This document shows positions 10,759 through 19,390 of a DNA stretch of 64,000 nucleotides, piece by piece. The number at the start of each line of letters is the position of its first letter. The first letter of the stretch is position 1. The DNA comes from Candidatus Dormibacteraceae bacterium (GTDB lineage: Bacteria > Chloroflexota > Dormibacteria > Dormibacterales > Dormibacteraceae): positions 7,646-71,645 of the forward strand of contig JBOHUQ010000126.1 in NCBI GenBank assembly GCA_050734495.1, read 5' to 3'. The notes below the pieces were generated by a model. It saw nothing but the letters and a program-made list of their open reading frames with translations, was not told where the DNA came from and ran no database searches. Position numbers and translations under genes: made by a program.

Positions 10759-12605
10759 CGGAAGACTCCAGGCGCGACGAGCCCGACCACCACCGTCAGG
10801 ACGACGGCGGCGAGGATCAGCAGCGGCAAAACCGGCAAACGTGCGCCGGAGACGGCCAGCCGTCCGGTCGTGTCAAGCGCCCTCCCGACGCCCCCGTCGC
10901 CGGCCGGGATCCAGCGCTCGCCGAGGCGCACCGCGATCTCGCTCACCGGCGCCACGATGAATCGTGCGAAGCTGCTCGAGGTCACACGGGTGAGACGCCT
11001 CAACCATATGCCGGCCCAGGCCGAAACGTGCAGCGCGCCGTCCTGGTCGCGTACATACGCGAGCACGGGCAGCGCGAAGCCGATCAGCACCACCACGACC
11101 CACAGCAGGTATGCCCCCGGGGTCGGAGCCGGATGCTTCTTGCCGTCGAGGAAGTCGAGCCAGCCATGGATCAGCGACGCGATCAGCAGGAGCGCGCCCG
11201 CGCCGCCGAGCCAGTAAGGCCACGCCAGGGAGGGCGACGGCGCTTCGCGCACGCGGTCCGGTACGAAGGTTCGCCGCCTTCGCAGCGGCCCGATCGACAC
11301 CCCCAGGAAGATCCGCGCCCCTCCGAGGGCGATCAGCAACACCGCCTCGCCCATCGCCAGCCCCAGGTTGGACCGCGAGCTCACGCCAAAGGCGAGGGCC
11401 CCCACGGTGCTCAGGCCCATGACGATCGCCGCGACCAGCACGGCCAGTGCGCTCGTCCGCATCCGCGTCCAGGCGTTACCCATCTCGACAAGATCGTCCG
11501 TACGCATCGCCGCGGCGATCGCCGACACAGCAAGCACGGCACCCGCACGCGCCGGCGCGACCGCCATCACGCATGCGATTCCCGCAATCGCAAAGGTCGC
11601 ACCCTGCACCTGGAAGCCGTGGATCACGACCGCGGCGCCGACCGCGGTCGCGCCCGAGCCGAGCAACGCGACGATGCGGCGCGGCTCGTTGCCGACCAAT
11701 GCGAGCAGCGGAGCGACGATCGCGGCCGCCCCGCACCCATAGAGCAGTCCCTTCACGGTCTGAGCGTTGGAGGCGACGACGATCGGCATCAGGCGGTACA
11801 GGACGACGATCGCGAGCACCGACCACACCGCCTGCGTCACAGCTGAGGCGGCGGGCGGAGCGGTCACCGCTGTTCGCGTGACCCAGGACTGGAGCGGCCA
11901 CAGCGCCAGGCGCCCAGCCACCGCGACGAAGAGAAGGATGGACGCAACCACCAGGGAACGCTCCGTCCAGCCCGGGTTGGTGTGAAGGATGGGTAGGAGC
12001 GTGGTCAAGTTGTTGACGCCGTATCGCGCGTACAGCCACGCCACTCCACACAGCAGCGAAAGATCGGTGACGAATGGAAGGGCGAGCGCGACCCGCGCGC
12101 GTAGCGCCGCCTCGTCCATCCCCCAGCGATGTGCGAGCAGCAGGTAGGTCGCGGCGCCGGTGACGCCCCAGAACGCGAGCAGCTCCGCCAGGTCCCAGCT
12201 GACCAGCACGCCTATGGCGCCGAAGAGGAGCACGCTCATCAGCGCGTTGAATCGCGCGGCGCCCGGCTCCGAGCGGCCCATCACCTGGTGCCAGCCGAGC
12301 ACTCCGATCACGCAGAGCTCGACCACGATCAGCGCCACGATGCCGACGTGGTCGACCCGCAGCACGATGTCGATGCCGAATCCCTGGAAATTGGCCGGCC
12401 CCGTGACGGCCACCGGCAGATTGATGTACGAGTAGGTCGCGAGGAACGGCGTTGTCCTCTTTGCGAGGCCCCACCCCACCAGCAAGCTCGCGAGCAGGGT
12501 GACCACCGCGCCGAACATGGCGAGGTTCGCCGAGGACCGGCGGGTGCGCACGCTCGACAGAGCGATGAGGAATGCCGCGAACGGAGCCATGACGATCAGC
12601 GGCAC
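10755..12605 (-). CDS. nuoL: NuoL-like antiporter-type membrane subunit (divergent); start uncertain
   Basis: Blocks FWGVTGAATYLL and GRLALWPLQSW are present, with a long C-terminal extension that includes a lateral-helix-like segment. Candidate starts are GTG 12605, ATG 12590, or CTG 12720 overlapping the nuoK-like stop. Confidence 0.75.
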   Translation of the reverse strand: MPLIVMAPFAAFLIALSSVRTRRSSANLAMFGAVVTLLASLLVGWGLAKRTTPFLATYSYINLPVAVTGPANFQGFGIDIVLRVDHVGIVALIVVELCVIGVLGWHQVMGRSEPGAARFNALMSVLLFGAIGVLVSWDLAELLAFWGVTGAATYLLLAHRWGMDEAALRARVALALPFVTDLSLLCGVAWLYARYGVNNLTTLLPILHTNPGWTERSLVVASILLFVAVAGRLALWPLQSWVTRTAVTAPPAASAVTQAVWSVLAIVVLYRLMPIVVASNAQTVKGLLYGCGAAAIVAPLLALVGNEPRRIVALLGSGATAVGAAVVIHGFQVQGATFAIAGIACVMAVAPARAGAVLAVSAIAAAMRTDDLVEMGNAWTRMRTSALAVLVAAIVMGLSTVGALAFGVSSRSNLGLAMGEAVLLIALGGARIFLGVSIGPLRRRRTFVPDRVREAPSPSLAWPYWLGGAGALLLIASLIHGWLDFLDGKKHPAPTPGAYLLWVVVVLIGFALPVLAYVRDQDGALHVSAWAGIWLRRLTRVTSSSFARFIVAPVSEIAVRLGERWIPAGDGGVGRALDTTGRLAVSGARLPVLPLLILAAVVLTVVVGLVAPGVFR

Positions 12606-12715
12606 CGCCCACGGGAGCGTCGTCGCCGGGTCGAATGTGAATCCCGACGGCGCGCGAGATCCGGAAGCGGTGCCGGACGCCGCGGCCGCGACGTTCGAGA
12701 GGGCGAGGAGAAGGT

Positions 12716-12991
12716 TCAGCGCGACGTCCCCCGGCCCGCGATCCCCACGCCGAGCGCGACCAGTGCAAGCGCCGCGACTGCGAGCAGCGCCGCGACCTCC
12801 TGGCCGAAGATCTTCGGGTCGCCCGCCGCAGAGAATCGTGCCGCGCCGGCGAAAGCCACACCCGCCCCTCCGAACATCAAGGGCAGGCCGGCGAGCGCTG
12901 AAGAGAGGTCTTTTTTCCAGGTCGCGACGAACGCGCCCACCGCGACCAGGGCGACCGCGACGAAGAGGACGGACACGAGGCTGGCGCTCAC
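12716..12991 (-). CDS. nuoK: NuoK-like 3-TM subunit (divergent)
   Basis: 91 aa with three TM helices and the NuoK layout (basic loop after TM1, GQ before TM3). The ATG overlaps the nuoJ-like stop (ATGA 12988-12991). Confidence 0.7.
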   Translation of the reverse strand: MSASLVSVLFVAVALVAVGAFVATWKKDLSSALAGLPLMFGGAGVAFAGAARFSAAGDPKIFGQEVAALLAVAALALVALGVGIAGRGTSR

Positions 12992-13476
12992 CGGCCGCGA
13001 TCCCGCACTCGCCAGGCTGCGGTCGCACCGACGAGCGCGATGAGAATCAGCACGCCTACGGCCTCCGTCGCCAGCGCGTCGTGCACAAAGAGAACCCGAC
13101 CGACCGCGGCCGCACCGATCTCACCACCTCGGTACGTCGCCTCGACGAAGTCGCCTCGGAAGGCGGCGTAGGACAGCACCGCAAACAGGCCCGCGGCCGC
13201 GACAGCCCCGACCTGGCGCCACGCGAAACCGACCGGCGAGTCCACGATCCGGTATCGCGGCCCGGCGATGAGCAGGGCGCAACCCGCATAACAGACGAGC
13301 ACCGCGAGACCCGCGAAGTCCGTGGACAGGGAGGCGTAGAGCCCCGCGATCCCGAGGCCGGAAACCCCCACCGCCACCCCGCGCGCGCCGCGCCCGGGCA
13401 CGAACGCCACCAGCAGCCCGCCCCCGATCGAGATCGCGGCGGACACGTAAAAGCCAATCGCGTGGAGGGAGTCCAT
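12988..13476 (-). CDS. nuoJ: NuoJ-like membrane subunit
   Basis: 162 aa starting at ATG 13476 with GGAG upstream. The motifs CYAGCALL (canonical VYAGA) and C-terminal ...ATEAVGVLILIALVGA (canonical PFE..S.LLL.A.IGA) are present. Confidence 0.78.
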   Translation of the reverse strand: MDSLHAIGFYVSAAISIGGGLLVAFVPGRGARGVAVGVSGLGIAGLYASLSTDFAGLAVLVCYAGCALLIAGPRYRIVDSPVGFAWRQVGAVAAAGLFAVLSYAAFRGDFVEATYRGGEIGAAAVGRVLFVHDALATEAVGVLILIALVGATAAWRVRDRGR

Positions 13477-13511
13477 CGGCACTCCGTGGTTGCTGAGAGG
13501 GGGTTGACCGG

Positions 13512-13733
13512 CTAGTCGACGATGCCGCCGGCTCCAAGGCGCCAAGCATACAGGAGCCCGGAACCCGCGATCCCCACGAGTGCGACCACCGCGACGATGG
13601 CGCCAGGAGTGGCTTGCGAGACGGTCAGGCTGACCCCGTAGGCCGCCACCAGGGCCACCACCGCGAGCCCCAGGAACGCCGCCGCGACCCGCAGCGGGTC
13701 CCAGCGGGCGAGCGCGCGCGACAATGCAGCCAT
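13512..13733 (-). CDS. small 2-TM membrane protein with NuoA-like C-terminus
   Basis: 73 aa. It ends GLLYAWRLGAGGIVD, resembling the NuoA TM3 end motif Y-x-W-[RK]-x-G-x-L-x-W. It sits directly upstream of the nuoJ-like gene. A longer GTG start at 13814 is possible. Confidence 0.5.
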   Translation of the reverse strand: MAALSRALARWDPLRVAAAFLGLAVVALVAAYGVSLTVSQATPGAIVAVVALVGIAGSGLLYAWRLGAGGIVD

Positions 13734-14544
13734 GCAGGCAGTATCGCAGGCGCTCATCGACTTCGCCAACCACTTCCGCCCGGAGCCGGGGCCTGGGATC
13801 GAGATCATCGCCACGTCGCGCTACCGCGCCACGATCCAGCCGGACTTCCCGATCGCGGGCCCGAACAACGTGTCTTGGATCAGATGCGCAGCGACTGAAG
13901 CTGATGATGTGATCCGCGAGGCACGCGCGATTTTCGCTTCGCGCCACCTTCCTTTCATGTGGACTCTGGATCCCCAAGCGGAGCCGCCAGACTTCGCCGG
14001 CCACCTCGCGAAGCACGGCGTTCGACCAGATCCCCACGGCGTCGAGTCGGAGGTGATGGTGATGTCCATAGATGCGAAGGTGGAATCTCCACCGATCAAG
14101 GGCCTGGAGATTCGCGACGCGCTCGCGGATCTCGACACCTTCCGGAGGGCTGACGGCGCTGCGGTCGAGGCGTTCGAGGCCGAGATGCCCGTTGAGTCAC
14201 CTGAATCCATCGCCATGCAGGACCGGCGCCGCCTCAACTTCCGGGCGCAGGGAAACCGGCACCTCCTGCTCGCGACCGTGGACGGCGACCCGGCCGGGGC
14301 GGCCGGGATGAGCGTGTATGCGCCGGCGGCGGCGATCCTCCAGGGAGGTGCGGTGCGCCCGAAATTCCGCGGCCGCGGCATCTACCGCGCCCTCGTGGCG
14401 GCCCGCCACGATATCGCCCGGCAGGCGGGGGTGGACGGGCTCACCGTGTGGGGTGGGAACATGTCCGCCCCGATCCTCGCGGGTTTGGGCTTCGAGAAAG
14501 TGGGGTGGCGGCGCTTCTACCTGGATACCTCGACCGCGCCATAG
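13732..14544 (+). CDS. GNAT family N-acetyltransferase
   Basis: The C-terminal acetyl-CoA motif VRPKFRGRGIYRALV (R-x-x-G-x-G) is present. 270 aa. Confidence 0.8.
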   Translation: MQAVSQALIDFANHFRPEPGPGIEIIATSRYRATIQPDFPIAGPNNVSWIRCAATEADDVIREARAIFASRHLPFMWTLDPQAEPPDFAGHLAKHGVRPDPHGVESEVMVMSIDAKVESPPIKGLEIRDALADLDTFRRADGAAVEAFEAEMPVESPESIAMQDRRRLNFRAQGNRHLLLATVDGDPAGAAGMSVYAPAAAILQGGAVRPKFRGRGIYRALVAARHDIARQAGVDGLTVWGGNMSAPILAGLGFEKVGWRRFYLDTSTAP

Positions 14545-14596
14545 CTCGCCACGCCGGATGCAGCCAACCGTGAACTGTGCCGCAATGGCGGCTTGC

Positions 14597-16420
14597 TCAG
14601 GCCAGCGATTCCACCCACTGCCGGTGCAGCAACCCGTAGGCCCCGCTGCGCTGGCGCAGGTCCGCCGGCGCGCCGTCCTCCACCACCCGGCCACCGTCCA
14701 CGACCAGCACCCGGTCCGCGATCTCGACGGTGGACAGGCGGTGGGCGATGATCACCGCGGTCCGGCCGCGCAGCAGCGTCCGCAGAGCGCGCTGAACGAG
14801 GCGCTCCGAGGGCAGGTCCAGAGACGAGGTCGCCTCATCGAGGATCAGCACGCGCGGGTCGGCGAGGAAGGCGCGCGCGAACGCGACGAGCTGCCGCTGC
14901 CCAGAGGAGAGCCGCACCCCACGCCGCCTCACGTCGGTCTCGTACCCGTTGGGCATCGCGCTGATGAACCCGTCGGCCCCGATCGCGCGCGCGGCCGCGA
15001 TCATCTCCTCGCGCGACGCGTCGGGCCGGCCGAACATGAGGTTCTCCCCCACCGTCCCTGAAAACAAGAACGTCTCCTGCGTCACCATTGCAACGGCCCG
15101 GCGCAAATCCCCCACCGCAATCGACCGCAGCTCGACCCCGTCGAGGGTCAGGCGCCCAACCGTCGGGTCGTAGAACCGCGCCATCAGGCGCGCCATCGTC
15201 GTCTTGCCCGCCCCGGTCTCCCCCACCACGGCAACAATCTGCCCTGAGGGGATTCGCAGGTCGATGTCGTGCAGCACGGGCTTGTCGCGATACGCGAACG
15301 TCACGTGCTCGAAGGCGACCGCGCCTTGCACGTCGCCCATGCTCACCGGCGACGCGGGCTCGGGAACGGTCGGCGACTCCTCGATGACGCCGGCGAGCTT
15401 CTCGAGCGCTGCGCCCGCCGCCTGAAACACGTTGTAGAACTGGGACAGGTCTTGCATCGGCTCGAAGAACTGCCGGAGGTAGAGGACGAACGCCGTCAGC
15501 ACACCCAGCGTCAGCTGGCCCTGCACGACGAGGTAGCCTCCGAACAGCAGCGCCGTCGTCGTCGTCAGGCGGCCAAGCAGGTTGATCGCGGGGCCGAATG
15601 TCGACGCGAGCCGGTTCGACCAGATGTTGGCGTCGCGATAGCGCCCGTTGACGTCTTCGAAGATCTCCTGGTTGCGAGCCTCGCGGCGGAAGGCATGCAC
15701 TGCCCTGATTCCGCCCAGCGACTCGACGTAGTGCACGATCACGAGGACGATGGCACGGCGCACAGCGCGATACGAGCGGGCGGAGTTGCTCCGGAACCAC
15801 AGGGTCATGGCGAGCACGATCGGCATCGCGACGACCGTGACCAGACCGAGCCGGGCGTCCAGTCGCAGAAGGATGACCGTGATCGCCACCACCGAGATCA
15901 GCGACGTGATGACCGAGGTCAGACCTGTCGCGAGCAGCTCGTTGAGCGCATCGATGTCCGAGGTCAGCCGCGAGATGATGCGCCCCGAGGTGTAACGCTC
16001 GTAGAACGAGAGCGAGAGCTCCTGCACGTGCGCGAACAGGCTCCTGCGCAAGTCGAACAGTACGTCCGCACCAATCCGCCCTGACAGGCGCAGGAACGCG
16101 TAGTTGGCGAGGGCGTTGACCACCAGCGCGACGAGCAGCACGCTCACGATCACCTCCAGGGTCGTCAGGTTGCCGCTGCCTCCTGGACGGATGCCCTTGT
16201 CGATGCCCAGGCCCACCAGATATGGCAGCGAGAGGTACGCCGCCGACCGGATGACGATCAGGCATCCCGCCAGCGCGATCGGCCAGTGGTAGGGCCGCGC
16301 GAGGTCGGCGAGCAGCCGGCGGCTCCGCCGCCGTAGGAGGCCCGCGACGCTCGCCGAAAACTCGTCGATCTCCTCGGATGCGACGCCGCGCCAACGGTCG
16401 CCTGGGGCGATCGCGCTCAC
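14597..16420 (-). CDS. ABC transporter ATP-binding/permease protein (exporter half)
   Basis: A six-TM domain is followed by Walker A GETGAGKTT, signature LSSGQRQ and Walker B ILDEATS. Confidence 0.92.
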   Translation of the reverse strand: MSAIAPGDRWRGVASEEIDEFSASVAGLLRRRSRRLLADLARPYHWPIALAGCLIVIRSAAYLSLPYLVGLGIDKGIRPGGSGNLTTLEVIVSVLLVALVVNALANYAFLRLSGRIGADVLFDLRRSLFAHVQELSLSFYERYTSGRIISRLTSDIDALNELLATGLTSVITSLISVVAITVILLRLDARLGLVTVVAMPIVLAMTLWFRSNSARSYRAVRRAIVLVIVHYVESLGGIRAVHAFRREARNQEIFEDVNGRYRDANIWSNRLASTFGPAINLLGRLTTTTALLFGGYLVVQGQLTLGVLTAFVLYLRQFFEPMQDLSQFYNVFQAAGAALEKLAGVIEESPTVPEPASPVSMGDVQGAVAFEHVTFAYRDKPVLHDIDLRIPSGQIVAVVGETGAGKTTMARLMARFYDPTVGRLTLDGVELRSIAVGDLRRAVAMVTQETFLFSGTVGENLMFGRPDASREEMIAAARAIGADGFISAMPNGYETDVRRRGVRLSSGQRQLVAFARAFLADPRVLILDEATSSLDLPSERLVQRALRTLLRGRTAVIIAHRLSTVEIADRVLVVDGGRVVEDGAPADLRQRSGAYGLLHRQWVESLA

Positions 16421-18204
16421 GCGGGAACCTCCTCTTGGCTGCGCTCGTACTCCTGCGAGAGCAGGGCCCGATAGAGATCGCTCGACTTCATGAGCTCGGT
16501 GTGCGTGCCCTGGGCGGCGATCCTCCCGCCGTCGAGCAGCGCGACGCGGTCGGCGAGCGCCAGCGTCGAAGGCCGGTGCACGACCAGCAGCCCGGTCACG
16601 CCCTCGAGCACGCGCGCCAGCGATTCTTCTATCACCGCCTCGGTGTGCACGTCGACCGACGAGAGAGGGTCGTCCAGCACCAGCACAGGCGGTCCTCCCA
16701 GTATCGCCCTGGCCAGCGCAAGCCGCTGGCGCTGGCCTCCCGAGAGCGTGTAGCCCTGCTCACCCACGCGCGTCTCGAGGCCCCACGGCAGGTCCCACAC
16801 GAATCCAGCGCGGGCGACGTCGATGGCGCGCTTCAGCTCTTCATCCGACACGATGGGGCGGCCCATCACGAGGTTCTCGTGCACGGAAGCGGAGAACAGG
16901 ATCGGATCCTCGAACGCGACTCCGATGTGCGAGCGCAGGGAACGCAGCTGCAGCTCGCGTATGTCGACGCCGTCGAGCAGCACCGCGCCCTCGTCCACGT
17001 CGTAGAGCCGCGGCAGCAGGTAGGCGAGCGTCGTCTTGCCGCTCCCGGTCCGGCCCACGATACCGACCGTCTCACCAGGCTCGATGACCAGGTTCAGGTC
17101 GCGCACTATCCATTCGTTTGACTTCGGATACTTGAAGCCCACCCCGCGCAGCTCGACGTGTCCGCGGCAGCGGTCGAGCGCGCGGGCGCCGGGGTGGTCC
17201 GCGATCTCGGGGTGCGAATCGAGCACCTCGTTCAAGCGCTGCGATGCGGTCTGGCATTCCTCACTCATCGACATCACCCACCCGATGGCATCCATGGGCC
17301 AGGTGAGCATGAACACGTAGTTCATGAACGCGATCAGGCCGCCGATGGTCAAGGTGCCCTGCACGACGTTGTAGCCGCCAAGCAGCAAGACGGCAACCAG
17401 CGAAAGGTTCGGCAGGAAGTTGAGTTGCGTCCACAGCAAGGCGCGCGACGAGATTCCCGTGAGGCTGGTCGCGCGCAGCAGTCGGGCCTGGTCTTCGAAG
17501 CGTTTCTGCATCAAAGGCATCCGGCCGAAGGCCTTGATGATGCGGACGCCCGTAGCCATCTCCTCGATGATCGTCGTGAGGTCGCCCTGCTGATCCTGCA
17601 GCCGGCGCGCGATGGGCTTGTACTTCTCCTGGAACTGGTGGCTGAAGTAGGCAATGGGCAGCATGCACACGGTCACGACGATCGCGAGCTTCCAGTCGAG
17701 CTCCAGCATCAGGACGAAGACCACAGCGAACGTGACGATCGTCTGGAGGAACCAGATCAGGCCAAAGCTCACGAACCGGCGGACCGTCGCTATGTCGGAG
17801 ACCGCGCGCGACAGCAGCTGTCCCGACTGCCAGTTGTCGTGGAAGGAAACCTGAAGCGACTGCAGGTGCGCGTAAAAGTCGTTGCGCAAATCGGTCTCCA
17901 TGCGCAGCGAGACCGTGCCGGAGTAGTTGCGGCGCAGGTATACGAAGACGAATTCCAGCAGCGCGATCAGCACCAGGAAACCCGCCGACTCGACCAGCCG
18001 GGTCAGCTGGTGATGGGTGACCGGCCCGTCGATGATGTACTGGATGATCTTCGGGATCGACGCGGCCGTCGCAAGGCTGCCGAGCTGCGCCAGCCCGAAG
18101 ACGACCACGAGCCCGGCATAGGGCCGCAGGTACGGGAGATAGCGCCGCAGCGCCAGCAGGCCCAAGGGTTGCACATCCTTTGCGCCCCTTATTTTTGGGC
18201 GCAC
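16417..18204 (-). CDS. ABC transporter ATP-binding/permease protein (exporter half)
   Basis: Walker A GRTGSGKTT, LSGGQRQ and VLDDPLS are present. The stop overlaps the partner start (ATGA-type, 16417-16420). The true start may be GTG 18174. Confidence 0.9.
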   Translation of the reverse strand: MRPKIRGAKDVQPLGLLALRRYLPYLRPYAGLVVVFGLAQLGSLATAASIPKIIQYIIDGPVTHHQLTRLVESAGFLVLIALLEFVFVYLRRNYSGTVSLRMETDLRNDFYAHLQSLQVSFHDNWQSGQLLSRAVSDIATVRRFVSFGLIWFLQTIVTFAVVFVLMLELDWKLAIVVTVCMLPIAYFSHQFQEKYKPIARRLQDQQGDLTTIIEEMATGVRIIKAFGRMPLMQKRFEDQARLLRATSLTGISSRALLWTQLNFLPNLSLVAVLLLGGYNVVQGTLTIGGLIAFMNYVFMLTWPMDAIGWVMSMSEECQTASQRLNEVLDSHPEIADHPGARALDRCRGHVELRGVGFKYPKSNEWIVRDLNLVIEPGETVGIVGRTGSGKTTLAYLLPRLYDVDEGAVLLDGVDIRELQLRSLRSHIGVAFEDPILFSASVHENLVMGRPIVSDEELKRAIDVARAGFVWDLPWGLETRVGEQGYTLSGGQRQRLALARAILGGPPVLVLDDPLSSVDVHTEAVIEESLARVLEGVTGLLVVHRPSTLALADRVALLDGGRIAAQGTHTELMKSSDLYRALLSQEYERSQEEVPA

Positions 18205-18253
18205 GAAACTACGGAGAGGCGGGGCCGACTATCTTAGCGCGCCTACCGTGCGG

Positions 18254-18622
18254 CTACTGCTGCTCCGCAGCGAGATCGCGCATGGAGACCATGCCGACCA
18301 CCTCTCCCCCCTCCACCACCGGCAGATGCCGGAACCCGCTGTCGAGCATCGTCTTCATCGCCTCGTCCACGTCGAGGTCCGGGCTCACCGTCTTCGGGTC
18401 GCGTGTCATCCACGACGAGATCTCGTGGGTCGGCGCGTCGTGCGACTGCGAGATGGCGCGCACCGTGTCGCGCTCGGTGAAGATTCCGACGAGCCGGCCG
18501 TCCTCCATGATCAGGGCCGACCCGATCCTGTTCCGCGCCATCAGCGAGATCGCCTCGCCGACGGTTGTCGAGGGGTCCACTGAATACAGCGTGGTCTTCA
18601 TGACCTCGCGCAGGGTGGCCAC
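18254..18622 (-). CDS. CBS domain-containing protein
   Basis: 122 aa with a tandem CBS pair: VGEAISLMARNRIGSALIMEDGRLVGIFTERD and GFRHLPVVEGGEVVGMVSMRDL. Confidence 0.88.
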   Translation of the reverse strand: MATLREVMKTTLYSVDPSTTVGEAISLMARNRIGSALIMEDGRLVGIFTERDTVRAISQSHDAPTHEISSWMTRDPKTVSPDLDVDEAMKTMLDSGFRHLPVVEGGEVVGMVSMRDLAAEQQ

Positions 18623-18631
18623 CCCCGAATC

Positions 18632-19390
18632 TTAGTGCGGCGTCGGAAAAGCGGCGAGCACGGCCGTGGCGCCCACCACCAGCAGGGCCACCAGCGCCTC
18701 GGCTCGGGCCAGCGGCACCCCCCGCCGCCAAGCGACGGCGGAAAGCACGAGCATGATCACGACTCCGATTGACTTCAGCCCCAGCACCTCCCCGTAGGTG
18801 GTCGTCCAGAGGCCGCTGATGTCGTGCAATTGGTCGCTCGCCCGAAGCACGCCCGTCAGGGCGGTCACGGCAAAGGCGATCAGGGCGACGCCTCCGAAAC
18901 GGTCGAGCAGAGCCCCCCCCTCTGGTGCCCGCCACCCGGCGGGCGGGTGGAGCGTGGCCAGGGCCAGGATTCCGCCGGCCCACATTCCGGCCGATAGCAC
19001 ATGGACCACATCTACGAACACCGCCCCAGGCTGCTGGTACGCGGTCGCGTGCCCGGCCACGGAAAGCAGCGCCGCCGCCAGCAGGGCAAGGGGCACCGGA
19101 AAGCCGAACCGCCGGACGCAGAAGACGAATGCCAGGCCTTCAGCCCCCACGCGGGCGAGCCGCTCCCAACCTGGCAGCGCTCCAGCATCGAAGCCTTCGA
19201 CCGTGACCACGGCCAGGCCGCCCACGAAGGCAACGCCCAGCGCGAGGTACAGCGGCGGCTGGCGGGCCCAGGCGATCACGGGAGGATGGCGCGCGAGACG
19301 CCTGACCACGATCGTGCCGATGGCGCCCAGCAGCCCGAGATACTCGATCCAGTGGACCGCGGCGAGGATCAGGTCCGGGCTACCGCTCAC
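18632..19390 (-). CDS. CopD-family (copper resistance D-like) membrane protein
   Basis: Polytopic protein, [13 protein letters not shown]..., with His-containing helices. The GTG at 19390 overlaps the mnmA stop (GTGA). Confidence 0.6.
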   Translation of the reverse strand: MSGSPDLILAAVHWIEYLGLLGAIGTIVVRRLARHPPVIAWARQPPLYLALGVAFVGGLAVVTVEGFDAGALPGWERLARVGAEGLAFVFCVRRFGFPVPLALLAAALLSVAGHATAYQQPGAVFVDVVHVLSAGMWAGGILALATLHPPAGWRAPEGGALLDRFGGVALIAFAVTALTGVLRASDQLHDISGLWTTTYGEVLGLKSIGVVIMLVLSAVAWRRGVPLARAEALVALLVVGATAVLAAFPTPH

